This document shows, piece after piece, positions 55,288-64,000 of a stretch of 64,000 nt of DNA. Position 1 is the first letter of the stretch; each line of letters opens with the position of its first letter. The stretch lies in contig CP070751.1 of NCBI GenBank assembly GCA_020348445.1, forward strand, positions 4,569,709 to 4,633,708, given 5' to 3'. Under the pieces are notes generated by a model that saw nothing but the letters and a program-made list of their open reading frames with translations, had not been told where the DNA came from and did no database searches. Both the position numbers and the translations under genes were made by a program. This stretch comes from Thermoplasmata archaeon. Its GTDB lineage: Archaea; Thermoplasmatota; Thermoplasmata; GCA-020350865.

Positions 55288-56961
55288 ATGGAATCAGAAA
55301 ACATAATAGCTCAAGAGAAACCCGAACAATTAGTAGTGGTTGAACCGGGTGTGGGCACTCAAGAACAGATGATGAAGGACCCAAAATGGAATGGTATTCC
55401 ACCGGTAGGTAACCGACCAATTGATGATAAATGGAAATTTCTATTGATGATATTAGCCATATTTATCGTAAAGATAATAATTTGGGGTATCTATAGATAT
55501 TCTACCGGTACACTGGACATCTTTACCAATCCAGATTCCGGTCGGGAGAATACATATTGGGCCGGAATTGTTGCAAAGCCAGTTTTGCAACTGGCACCGG
55601 TCTTTGTTCTATGGATATATCTTTTTGGTGAGAAAGGCTTACCGTTTCGGCTAACTAGAAAACACTTGTTTTCCTCAATCATATTCGGTTGTATTCTCGG
55701 TTTTGTATATTACTTTGTGGCAACAGGTGTCATGATCGGAGTTTTCGAAACAACTGGTCAGGGAACGGACTTTCATTTTGTTGCCGGTTGGGACGATGCA
55801 GGTTGGATGCTGATTATCGCCATGATGTTCTCATATATGATCGCAACAGGTCCCACGGAAGAGATATTTTCCAGAGGTGTACTCCAAGACCAGACTGCAC
55901 GGGCATTTTCGTTGAAATTTGCCATCATGTTTTCAGCCGTACTATTCGCGGCCGGACATCTACCTATCTCAATTTTGGTCTATCATTTAAGCTTCATGAC
56001 AATTGTCTGGTACATGATCATCTTGTTTGTAATGGGTTGTTTCTTTTCAATTTTATACCAATGGTCACGTAATATCGTATTTCCAGCGATCATTCACGGC
56101 CTTTGGGACTGGTACTTATCATTATATGCATTACGTGGTGCATACTCACCAACATTTCTGGAAGATTATAATGTAAATTTTGGTATAGTTGATTTTGTCA
56201 GTACATTAATCACTTTATCGATCATGCTGCCATTATTCTATATTGTATATCTAGTCTGGTGGAAACATGATGAGCCATTAAAGGAGGGACCACTAGCAAG
56301 TATCGTAAAACGTATCGAGAAGATCAAGTATACACACCAGATTCGAAATTATGACAGGGGTTGGTGGCCCAAGGGCAATCCGATTTTAGTCACTGCAGCA
56401 ATTGTAGGTCTCTTTTGTCTAGCAAGTATACCCGTTGCAGCTTTGATCGGAACTGATGATCCTTCTAAGTTTGCAGATAGAGTAATGGGTGGAGAGGAAA
56501 AAACTGTGATTGTATATGATAATGGAACATTATCTGATTCTGGAACACTTGATGAGAACAGTGGAACTGAAGTTCCCATTGAGTTTTATGATAAATATAT
56601 TATAAGCATAAATCTAAGTCTAACCTGGACAGACGAATCTTCATCGTTCTTTCAAGGTACCAATGAACCCGATCATTTTACGATCCAGTTAATTGACCCT
56701 GAAGGTGAAGTTCTGGGAGAAGATGAGGGTGATTCGGGGACTTTGGCGATATTATGGTCACAATCCGATTCTGAGGAAATATTGTATAATGGGACTTTTA
56801 CTGTTAATGTTGAATTGGGCACAGCTGGAGACGATTTTGGGCCGTTTGGTTTACGCTCGAATGAAGACACTTCTAATGATTATTCTTTGAATATAGAATT
56901 TAATAGTTATTCCCTCCAGAAAGGCTCAGGCGATGAGGCCGATGTCCGCTGGCGCTCATAA
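55288..56961 (+). CDS. CPBP/Abi (CAAX protease-like) intramembrane metalloprotease with C-terminal extracellular domain
   Basis: TEEIFSRG (EExxxR), FAAGH (FxxxH), IIHGLWD (HxxxD). Confidence 0.88.
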   Translation: MESENIIAQEKPEQLVVVEPGVGTQEQMMKDPKWNGIPPVGNRPIDDKWKFLLMILAIFIVKIIIWGIYRYSTGTLDIFTNPDSGRENTYWAGIVAKPVLQLAPVFVLWIYLFGEKGLPFRLTRKHLFSSIIFGCILGFVYYFVATGVMIGVFETTGQGTDFHFVAGWDDAGWMLIIAMMFSYMIATGPTEEIFSRGVLQDQTARAFSLKFAIMFSAVLFAAGHLPISILVYHLSFMTIVWYMIILFVMGCFFSILYQWSRNIVFPAIIHGLWDWYLSLYALRGAYSPTFLEDYNVNFGIVDFVSTLITLSIMLPLFYIVYLVWWKHDEPLKEGPLASIVKRIEKIKYTHQIRNYDRGWWPKGNPILVTAAIVGLFCLASIPVAALIGTDDPSKFADRVMGGEEKTVIVYDNGTLSDSGTLDENSGTEVPIEFYDKYIISINLSLTWTDESSSFFQGTNEPDHFTIQLIDPEGEVLGEDEGDSGTLAILWSQSDSEEILYNGTFTVNVELGTAGDDFGPFGLRSNEDTSNDYSLNIEFNSYSLQKGSGDEADVRWRS

Positions 56962-57005
56962 CCCGAACCCACAACACAAAACTTGGGGTGGTGTATGTTT
57001 CAATC

Positions 57006-57236
57006 TATCTCACGGATTTGACACGCCATCTGCGGGGGTTAACGCTCGGATTTGGCATGCCAACTGCGGGAGTTGAGAGTATTTGAAGTTTGAGACATTT
57101 TAGTACACTGGCTAGGTCCCTTTAATCCCGGGAAATATGCTGTTTTTCAGCCGCGCAGAGGGGGTGGGTGTGGTTGAAAACTGTTGGGTTTTACCAATCG
57201 TGAGTGGTGGGGGGGGTTTTGCTTGGCAAAAGGGGC
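57006..57236 (+). repeat. Intergenic repeat family, copy D
   Basis: TATCTCACGGATTTG..GCCATCTGCGGGGGTT-AACGCTCGGATTTGG..CTGCGGGAGTTG; ACACTGGCT..AATCCCGG..CCGCGCAGAGGGGG..TTTTACCAATCGTGAG. Confidence 0.82.
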
Positions 57237-57655
57237 AGGTAGCGAATCTAGGGAAGATCTGGTAGGTGATGTTGGGGTGGGGGTGGATTTGACAGCCTTA
57301 CAGGCGGTAAAAGGGGTGGAAGCTTTGTGAAATAAAAGGTAAGAATTGAAGTGAGGTGAGAAAATATACATGTCGGTCTTGGTACTCCTCCAGTTTTAAA
57401 TCAAGATAAAAAAAATATAATTAAAAGTTAAAAATATATTCAATTTATTACATTAAAATATTACCATTTCGAAAGAAATAAATATCCAGAACTCATTTGC
57501 GATTTCGATTGGAGGGAGACTAAGGAGTAGGTGGAATAAGATAAGCGAGGACTTGAATTTATGAAAGTCATGAACTAGGGTTGACGGTCTCTTTATCTTT
57601 TTTCACAGTTCCTTTGATCCAATCTGTAGAAGGAATAGACGGGGGGAGATAGAAT

Positions 57656-60142
57656 ATGAGGAAGAAAATAACAATAGGAGTAGTATTGGCACTGGTTGCC
57701 ATGGTTTTTGCAACTGTGCCTAAGTGTGCTAGCGGAGAATTTATCGGAAATGTAAAAATAAATGCGGATGGTACTATAACACCAGCCGAGGCACCAATAT
57801 CCCGAAACGGAGAAATATATACAGTGACCGGTGATATTACCGACGGGACAATATTTATCTATAGGGCCGGAATAACATTGGATGGTAACGGTTTTACTGT
57901 CTCCGGTCCTCCGTCCGGGTCTTATCCTGTGTGTATCTATGTGTTCGGCTCCCTTGGTGCAAACGATGTTACTATTACGAATTTCAACCTCGTGGGGGGC
58001 CACCAGGGTGTATTTTTAGCCGGATCAAGTGGCAGTACAATAGTGGACAACACAATTAACTCGGTAAGCCACTATGGAGTATATATAGCCGGATCTGACA
58101 GCAATACGGTATCAGGAAATACTATCCAGGCTAGTGCTGTGATCGGTATCCATATGGATACTGGTGCGGGGAATACCATAACCGGTAACACGGTTTCAAC
58201 AAGCGGGAGTTATGGCATTTCGTTATATGGCGGTACAAACAACCAAGTAACCCAAAATTCGGTTACATTGAGCGGTTGGGCCGGCATATACGTCGGGGAA
58301 CAGTCCAGCGGCAATACAATCAATGGGAATACTGTTACGGACAATACTGGGAGAGGAATCTTCATAGGATCCACCGGAGGTAATACGGTGAGCGGGAACA
58401 CGGTTTCGGGCAGCCATTTCGGTATCTACTTGTCCTGGTCCAGCGGCAACACAGTAAGTGGTAACACAATTACAAACAGTGGAACTGGTATCTTTCTAGG
58501 CGCCTCCAGTAATAATAATATTAACGGAAATATTATTTCCAGTATTATTGCCAGTGGTAAATATGCTATCACTTTGGACGGGGGTAGCAATAGTAATATA
58601 GTTAGCGGCAACACAATAACGAACCAATTCTGGGGTATCACGATCGGTCATTCCATAAATAATGTTGTCAATTATAATCCAATTTCAATTTGTGCTCGAG
58701 GCATTATACTAAGTTATGCTGATAACAATGAAATCAGTGAAAACACCCTTTCGAATTGTGGAGAGAGTATTTACTTAGGGACGTCCAGCATTAATGATGT
58801 TAGCAGAAATATTATTTGCGGCGGTAATTATGCCATCAAAGTGGAATGGTTCAGTAATAATAACATAGTTAGTGATAACTCAGTAACGGCTAACTTAGGA
58901 GGTATTTCAGTCGGTCATTCCGTAAATAATGTTGTCAATTATAACACAGTTTCAAATTGTGGAACTGGTATTGGTCTAGGAAATGCTGAAAACAATGAAA
59001 TCAGTGAGAACACCCTTTCGGATTGTGGAAAGGGAATCTACGCAGGCTCCTCCCCTAATAATTATGTCAGCGGAAATGTTATTTCCAGCGGTAATTATGC
59101 TCTCACTTTGGACTGGGGCAGCAATAGCAACATAGTTAGTGGCAACTTGATAACAGCCTATCTCTTCGGTATCGGGGTCGGCCGTTCCACAAATAATGTT
59201 GTCAATGACAACCAAGTATCAAATTGTGGATGGGGTATTTCACTTGGCAATGCTGAAAATAATGAAATCAGCGAGAACTCGGTTTCGAGTTGCTCGAATG
59301 GAATCCACGTAAGTTCCTCAGTTGACAATATTATCTGTTGGAACATGGTCTCGGGGGGAACTTATGGAATTGTTCTAGTTGGGAATAGTAACAGCAACAA
59401 ACTTTTTGAAAACACCGTCTCGAGTAATAATTACGGTGTACATCTGCATCTGTCCAATGTCAACTTGATTTTCCATAATAGTTTTATCGAAAACGCAATA
59501 CAGTTTAACAACATTGAATCGACAAATACTTGGGATAATGGCTATCCATCTGGTGGCAACTATTGGAGCGATTACACAGGTATCGATGAGATGAGCGGCC
59601 CAAACCAAGACATCCCGGGGAGTGACGAAATAGGAGATACACCATATATCATCGACCCCGATAATCAAGACAACTATCCTCTCATAGATCCTTGGGGACC
59701 TAAATATATGATAATAGAAGTTATCTACGAAATTGAAGAAATCATAGAAGAAAATCCAAACACACCCCTCGCAGATAAGATGGAGGATGCGCTGGCCAAG
59801 GTGTACACCGCCCTTGAGGAGCTCACGAAATCACCACCCGACAATCAGGCGGCAATGGGAAATATCGAAGGCGCAGTGGGAGATATAGAAGCAGCAGTGA
59901 ATGACGGACTTCTCGATAAAGATAAGGGTATAGAACTCATGGATAAGCTCATAGAAGTTGCAAGACAGTTGGCAGTGGAAGCAATCGAAGAGGCTATTGA
60001 GCAGGGAGGAGATCCAGATAAGATTCAGGAGGCGCAACAGTTACTGGCTGAAGGTGACCTGCTAAGAGAGGCAGGACAATACAAAGATGCTGTTGCCAAA
60101 TATAAGGATGCACTTGCAAAGGCAGAAGGCGCTATATCCTGA
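57656..60142 (+). CDS. Secreted parallel beta-helix (NosD/CASH) protein with helical C-terminal domain
   Basis: Signal peptide, many 22-23-aa GIxLxxSxxNxIxxN rungs, NTWDNGYPSGGNYWSDYTG..IGDTPY..DNYPL. Confidence 0.88.
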   Translation: MRKKITIGVVLALVAMVFATVPKCASGEFIGNVKINADGTITPAEAPISRNGEIYTVTGDITDGTIFIYRAGITLDGNGFTVSGPPSGSYPVCIYVFGSLGANDVTITNFNLVGGHQGVFLAGSSGSTIVDNTINSVSHYGVYIAGSDSNTVSGNTIQASAVIGIHMDTGAGNTITGNTVSTSGSYGISLYGGTNNQVTQNSVTLSGWAGIYVGEQSSGNTINGNTVTDNTGRGIFIGSTGGNTVSGNTVSGSHFGIYLSWSSGNTVSGNTITNSGTGIFLGASSNNNINGNIISSIIASGKYAITLDGGSNSNIVSGNTITNQFWGITIGHSINNVVNYNPISICARGIILSYADNNEISENTLSNCGESIYLGTSSINDVSRNIICGGNYAIKVEWFSNNNIVSDNSVTANLGGISVGHSVNNVVNYNTVSNCGTGIGLGNAENNEISENTLSDCGKGIYAGSSPNNYVSGNVISSGNYALTLDWGSNSNIVSGNLITAYLFGIGVGRSTNNVVNDNQVSNCGWGISLGNAENNEISENSVSSCSNGIHVSSSVDNIICWNMVSGGTYGIVLVGNSNSNKLFENTVSSNNYGVHLHLSNVNLIFHNSFIENAIQFNNIESTNTWDNGYPSGGNYWSDYTGIDEMSGPNQDIPGSDEIGDTPYIIDPDNQDNYPLIDPWGPKYMIIEVIYEIEEIIEENPNTPLADKMEDALAKVYTALEELTKSPPDNQAAMGNIEGAVGDIEAAVNDGLLDKDKGIELMDKLIEVARQLAVEAIEEAIEQGGDPDKIQEAQQLLAEGDLLREAGQYKDAVAKYKDALAKAEGAIS
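58529..59341 (+). repeat. Three higher-order 267-bp (89-aa) repeats inside the beta-helix
   Basis: Units start at 58529, 58808, 59075 and end at 59341; the first unit has an extra 12-bp duplication (ATTATTTCCAGT ATTATTGCCAGT). Confidence 0.8.
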
Positions 60143-60283
60143 AAATTGTAATTGATTTGGTCGGAAACATTGGCACCTTAATTGTGGAATAAAAGACCAA
60201 GTGATTAAGAACATCACTTCAATCCTCTCTTTTATTTATTTTTCTATTTTTATACTATTAAGATTTAAATCTAATTTTCTTTC

Positions 60284-60945
60284 TATCTCACGGATTTAGC
60301 ATGCCAATGCACATCAGTTGAATCATCAATTAGAAGCTGTGCATCTATATGTAAATCATCTAAGTATAGTGTCATATCAATACAATAATTCACATGCCAT
60401 CTGCGGGAGTTGTTGGATTATGCTTTGGAGCTAGATTCTGATGCACTGGCTGAGCCCTTTTAATCCCGGGATTTGGGGACTTTTCTGGATGCGCAGGTGG
60501 GGTATGTGTGATGGAATTTGATGGGTTTTTGCCAGATTCGTGAGGTGGGGTGGATTTTGGGGTTTGTTGGGCGCGCAAAAAGGGGCGTGTCGGTGGATTG
60601 GGAGGTCAGGGGAAACGGTGGATGTGGGTTACGGGAATGGTTGGATTCTCAGATAGTTGAGCAGGCTTTATCTCACGGATTTGAATTCCGTTTTCCTGGG
60701 GTTACCCCTCGGATTCCGGATCCACAGTGCACGTTAGTTCAGGTAACAATTACATTCGTGCACGTGAGTTTAAATTACCTGTGGATTTTCGGGCTTACCC
60801 CCCGGATTTCGGATCCGGTTTGAGGGGGTTAGCACTCGAATTTCGGATAGGGCCAGTGGATTTAGCTGTGTGTTTTCTTGGAGGATTTTTACGGGATTCG
60901 TGAGGTGGGTGGGGTTTTGCTTGGCAAAAGGGGTGGAAGAAGTGC
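60284..60945 (+). repeat. Intergenic repeat family, copy E (composite, most diverged)
   Basis: TATCTCACGGATTT at ~60284 and ~60669; CTGCGGGAGTTG..GCACTGGCT (60443); GCGCGCAAAAAGGGGCGTGTCGGTGGA at 60571; GGGTTACCCCTCGGATTCCGG-type units; second GATTCGTGAGGTGGG..TTTTGCTTGGCAAAAGGGG. Confidence 0.8.
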
Positions 60946-61169
60946 TTCCCCAATTAAAAAGTGAAAATCAGGAGAATGAAATTGTTTTTTAAAATGGGAT
61001 AAAAAGGGCAAAGCTTTTTGGGAAATATGGAATGGTTTTGTCAGACCTCAATTATCAATAAATCAGTAACCAAAAATCTTTAAAATAACAAATAGTATAA
61101 TGTTGGAAGGTATCCTGATAATATTGTGTAACGAAGAATCATAACAATCTAAAGAGGGAGTTTGATAAA

Positions 61170-63998
61170 ATGATAAAGTTTACATCCACTATTATTGCCA
61201 TGACACTCATTGTCACTGGAGTAGTAATAATAACTCCAAAGTTGACTCAACAAACAACTGCATATACACCCCATGGCCCTATCTCCATTGATGGTGATAC
61301 AGATTTCGCTACCCAAGCTTCAAACGAGGGATGGCCAGGAGATGGAACCGCGGGAAATCCATATATCATTGAGAACTATGAAATCAATTCAACATTTATA
61401 GGAATACATATAGTAAATGTGAATGTTCATTTTAAAATTAGAAATTGCTATTTTCATGAATGTGATCCAGATGCCATCGCGTTTAGAAATACACTCAACG
61501 GGGTCATTGAAAATAATTTGTTAGTAAATAATAACGAAGGAATGCAAATCTGGCAGAGTGGGTATATCACCATCTCAAATAACAGTATATCACAACACTC
61601 ATCGGTGGGTATATGGGTTCCTGATTGCAGTAGTGTTATAATATACAACAACAGTGTGAATACCTCCCACTGGGGAATTGCAGTGGCAACCAGTGATCTT
61701 TGCACCATATCATACAATAAAATTTATTCAAATAGACAATATGGTATATGTCTAATTGGTAGTGCAAATCAAAATACGATCATGTATAATTATATCTCAA
61801 ATAACACCGAGTATGGTATCATTTTAGAGGATTCCGATATTAACATCGTTCATCATAATGATTTAATTGATAACAATGGGGCTAATGATTCTTATGATCC
61901 TGCCCATATACAAGCTTATGACAATCGTTCTACCAATGAGTGGGATGATGGCTATCCCTCAGGAGGAAATTACTGGTCTGATTACGATGGAACCGATCTT
62001 AACAGCTCACCAACCCAGGATGTCCCACCACCCGATGGTATGGGGGATACTCCCTATATAATTGATGGCAACAGCAGGGATAACTACCCATTGATGGAAC
62101 CTGTTTTTCAATCAACACCATCGAAACCACAGAATCTCCAAGCATTAACTGGTAATTCCTTTGTAAATCTAACTTGGGAAGATCCGATCCTGGATGGTGG
62201 TTCATCAATCATCGGATACAATATCTATAAAAACGACACAACAGGTGTTCATGCATTTGTCCCCTATGATCAAATGTGGTTCAATGATACGGGTTTGGCA
62301 AACGGAATAACCTATACTTACAATATTTCTGCAGTAAACATTAATGGTGAAGGGGCAAATGCAACAATAAGTGCGACTCCAAGCACAATACCCTCAGCTG
62401 TGGTAAACCTCCAGGTTGATGAGGGGTACGGCTATGTGAATCTCTCATGGAATCCTCCAGGATCTGATGGCGGTTCTGCAATAATTGAGTATAGGATCTA
62501 TCGAAACGGAACAACTGGACCTTATGATATAGTATCTGCGGATCAACCATGGTATAATGATACAAGTGTAAGTGAGGGAGTTAGTTACATATATAATGTA
62601 ACTGCCAAAAACAATAATGGTGAAGGATCTAATTCAACAATTGTGGGAGCACCTCTGGTTCCCACAATTCCATCAACGCCATTGAATCCCCAGACAGATT
62701 CAGGTAATGGCTATGTAAACCTCACCTGGGAAAAACCTTCATCAGACGGCGGTTCAGCCATAACGGGATACAATATATATAGGAACGGTACAACTGGAGT
62801 ATATGTTTCTGTCCCGATAGGCAATTTGTGGTATAATGATACAAATGTCACCAATAATGTGACTTACGCATACAATGTTTCTGCAGTAAATGGAGTCGGG
62901 GAAGGACCTCATACAACAGATATCCCTGGGACACCATTTGTTCCCACTATTCCCACTGCTCCGGTTAATGTCCAAGCAGATATAGGAAATGGATATGTAA
63001 ATCTCACTTGGGATATTCCTTTGAATGATGGCAATTCCACCATCACTGGATACTACATTTATCGAAATGGTACAATAGGACCTTTTTCTTTTGTTCCTGC
63101 AAGCCATCGATGGTATGAAGACACTGATGTGACAAATGAAATCACCTACACCTACAATGTTTCTGCGGTCAATGGAATAGGCGAAGGACCGAAGTCTCCT
63201 AATATTTTGGCTACTCCGCTCAACTTAACAGTTCCTTCGGAACCCAAAAATCCATATGTAGATTTTGGCAATGGTTTTGTGAACCTTACTTGGGTTATTC
63301 CTGATGATGATGGGAACTCTCCAATTACAATTTACAATATTTATCGGCATGATATCTCGGGCATCTATGAAACTGTTTCAGGTGATCAGTTATGGTTCAA
63401 TGATTCCAATGTCATCAATGGGATAACCTACTCTTACCAGGTTTCTGCTGTAAACAGCATTGACGAGGGGGATAAATCAACTGGAATTGATGCCACGCCC
63501 AGAACCACTGTATCTCCACCTCAAAACTTTCAGATCGAAATTCATGATGACTTTTTGAATTTCTCATGGGATGTTCCTTTGGACGATGGGGGCTCACCGA
63601 TAACAGGTTATAATATATACCGCAACGACACCTCAGAAGTCTATGGTTCTGTTGCAGCTAATCAGTTGTGGTTCATTGATGATGTCGTTGTTCCTGGTAT
63701 CAATTATACTTATTATGTTTCTGTTATCAATGATGTCGGGGAGGGCCCTCTTTCTACTGGAAAAAAAGCAAAAGCTGGTGCAGCTCCTTCAGCACCTACT
63801 GATCTTGCGGTAACATATGGAGATTTGTACGTTAATCTTACCTGGACTGCACCGGAATTTGAAGGTGGTTATCCAATCACGAATTATGTTATATACAGAG
63901 GTGAAACCAAAGGGGAAGAAACATACCTTATAGACATTGAGAATATTCTCTTCTATAATGACACAACTGTGCTTAATGGAGTTACATATTATTACAGT
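61170..63998 (+). CDS. Secreted NosD beta-helix protein with at least 7 fibronectin type III repeats (runs off right edge)
   Basis: Absent from the ORF track; translated manually from ATG 61170 (SD GAGGGAG). MIKFTST signal, YTPHGPISIDG..GWPGDGT..PYIIE, WDDGYPSGGNYW, then FN3 units (VNLTW..P..DGG..I..YNIYRN..YxYxVSAVN..GEG). Confidence 0.88.
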   Translation, partial: MIKFTSTIIAMTLIVTGVVIITPKLTQQTTAYTPHGPISIDGDTDFATQASNEGWPGDGTAGNPYIIENYEINSTFIGIHIVNVNVHFKIRNCYFHECDPDAIAFRNTLNGVIENNLLVNNNEGMQIWQSGYITISNNSISQHSSVGIWVPDCSSVIIYNNSVNTSHWGIAVATSDLCTISYNKIYSNRQYGICLIGSANQNTIMYNYISNNTEYGIILEDSDINIVHHNDLIDNNGANDSYDPAHIQAYDNRSTNEWDDGYPSGGNYWSDYDGTDLNSSPTQDVPPPDGMGDTPYIIDGNSRDNYPLMEPVFQSTPSKPQNLQALTGNSFVNLTWEDPILDGGSSIIGYNIYKNDTTGVHAFVPYDQMWFNDTGLANGITYTYNISAVNINGEGANATISATPSTIPSAVVNLQVDEGYGYVNLSWNPPGSDGGSAIIEYRIYRNGTTGPYDIVSADQPWYNDTSVSEGVSYIYNVTAKNNNGEGSNSTIVGAPLVPTIPSTPLNPQTDSGNGYVNLTWEKPSSDGGSAITGYNIYRNGTTGVYVSVPIGNLWYNDTNVTNNVTYAYNVSAVNGVGEGPHTTDIPGTPFVPTIPTAPVNVQADIGNGYVNLTWDIPLNDGNSTITGYYIYRNGTIGPFSFVPASHRWYEDTDVTNEITYTYNVSAVNGIGEGPKSPNILATPLNLTVPSEPKNPYVDFGNGFVNLTWVIPDDDGNSPITIYNIYRHDISGIYETVSGDQLWFNDSNVINGITYSYQVSAVNSIDEGDKSTGIDATPRTTVSPPQNFQIEIHDDFLNFSWDVPLDDGGSPITGYNIYRNDTSEVYGSVAANQLWFIDDVVVPGINYTYYVSVINDVGEGPLSTGKKAKAGAAPSAPTDLAVTYGDLYVNLTWTAPEFEGGYPITNYVIYRGETKGEETYLIDIENILFYNDTTVLNGVTYYYS

Positions 63999-64000
63999 GT

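Noticed and set aside
52815-60142. Diversity-generating retroelement (C-type lectin target, internal duplications)
   Set aside because: No reverse transcriptase, and no template/variable repeat pair differing only at adenines; the duplications are in-frame tandem protein repeats.

Overview
Archaeal-type DNA: GGTGA/GGAGG ribosome-binding sites and gene families typical of Thermoplasmatota (taxonomy is an inference). The window has two zones. Zone 1 (about 1-43.7 kb) is an anaerobic energy-metabolism supercluster. It contains hdrC1-B1-C2-B2, a 1565-aa tandem HdrA/GltD-like (HdrL-type) fusion, an extended MvhD and another hdrA running off the left edge. It also holds a complete LipS1/LipS2/LipT/Lpl-type lipoate assembly set with two orphan GcvH/LbpA-like carriers, UbiB plus two UbiA prenyltransferases, and three GlcD-like FAD proteins with two HdrD/GlcF-like CCG proteins. 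Further on are a NapC-type cytochrome with about 30 heme motifs and a cytochrome b partner, CcmI-like and CcmF maturation genes, and a surface-anchored c554+NrfA-like cytochrome with a CxxCK site. Zone 2 (43.8-64 kb) is accessory: an IS481 element, a membrane-anchored wHTH regulator, a YadA-like fibre, an ATPase-DUF234, a C-type lectin, HicBA, a CPBP protease and two NosD/FN3 surface proteins. From 50.4 to 61 kb all six consecutive intergenic regions carry members of one co-oriented, G-rich, modular repeat family (AACGCTC/GTATAC units with fixed periods, plus a perfect 56-bp direct repeat around HicBA), giving a cassette-array appearance. No tRNA, rRNA or CRISPR array was found. All family assignments come from motif recognition by eye, not database searches.
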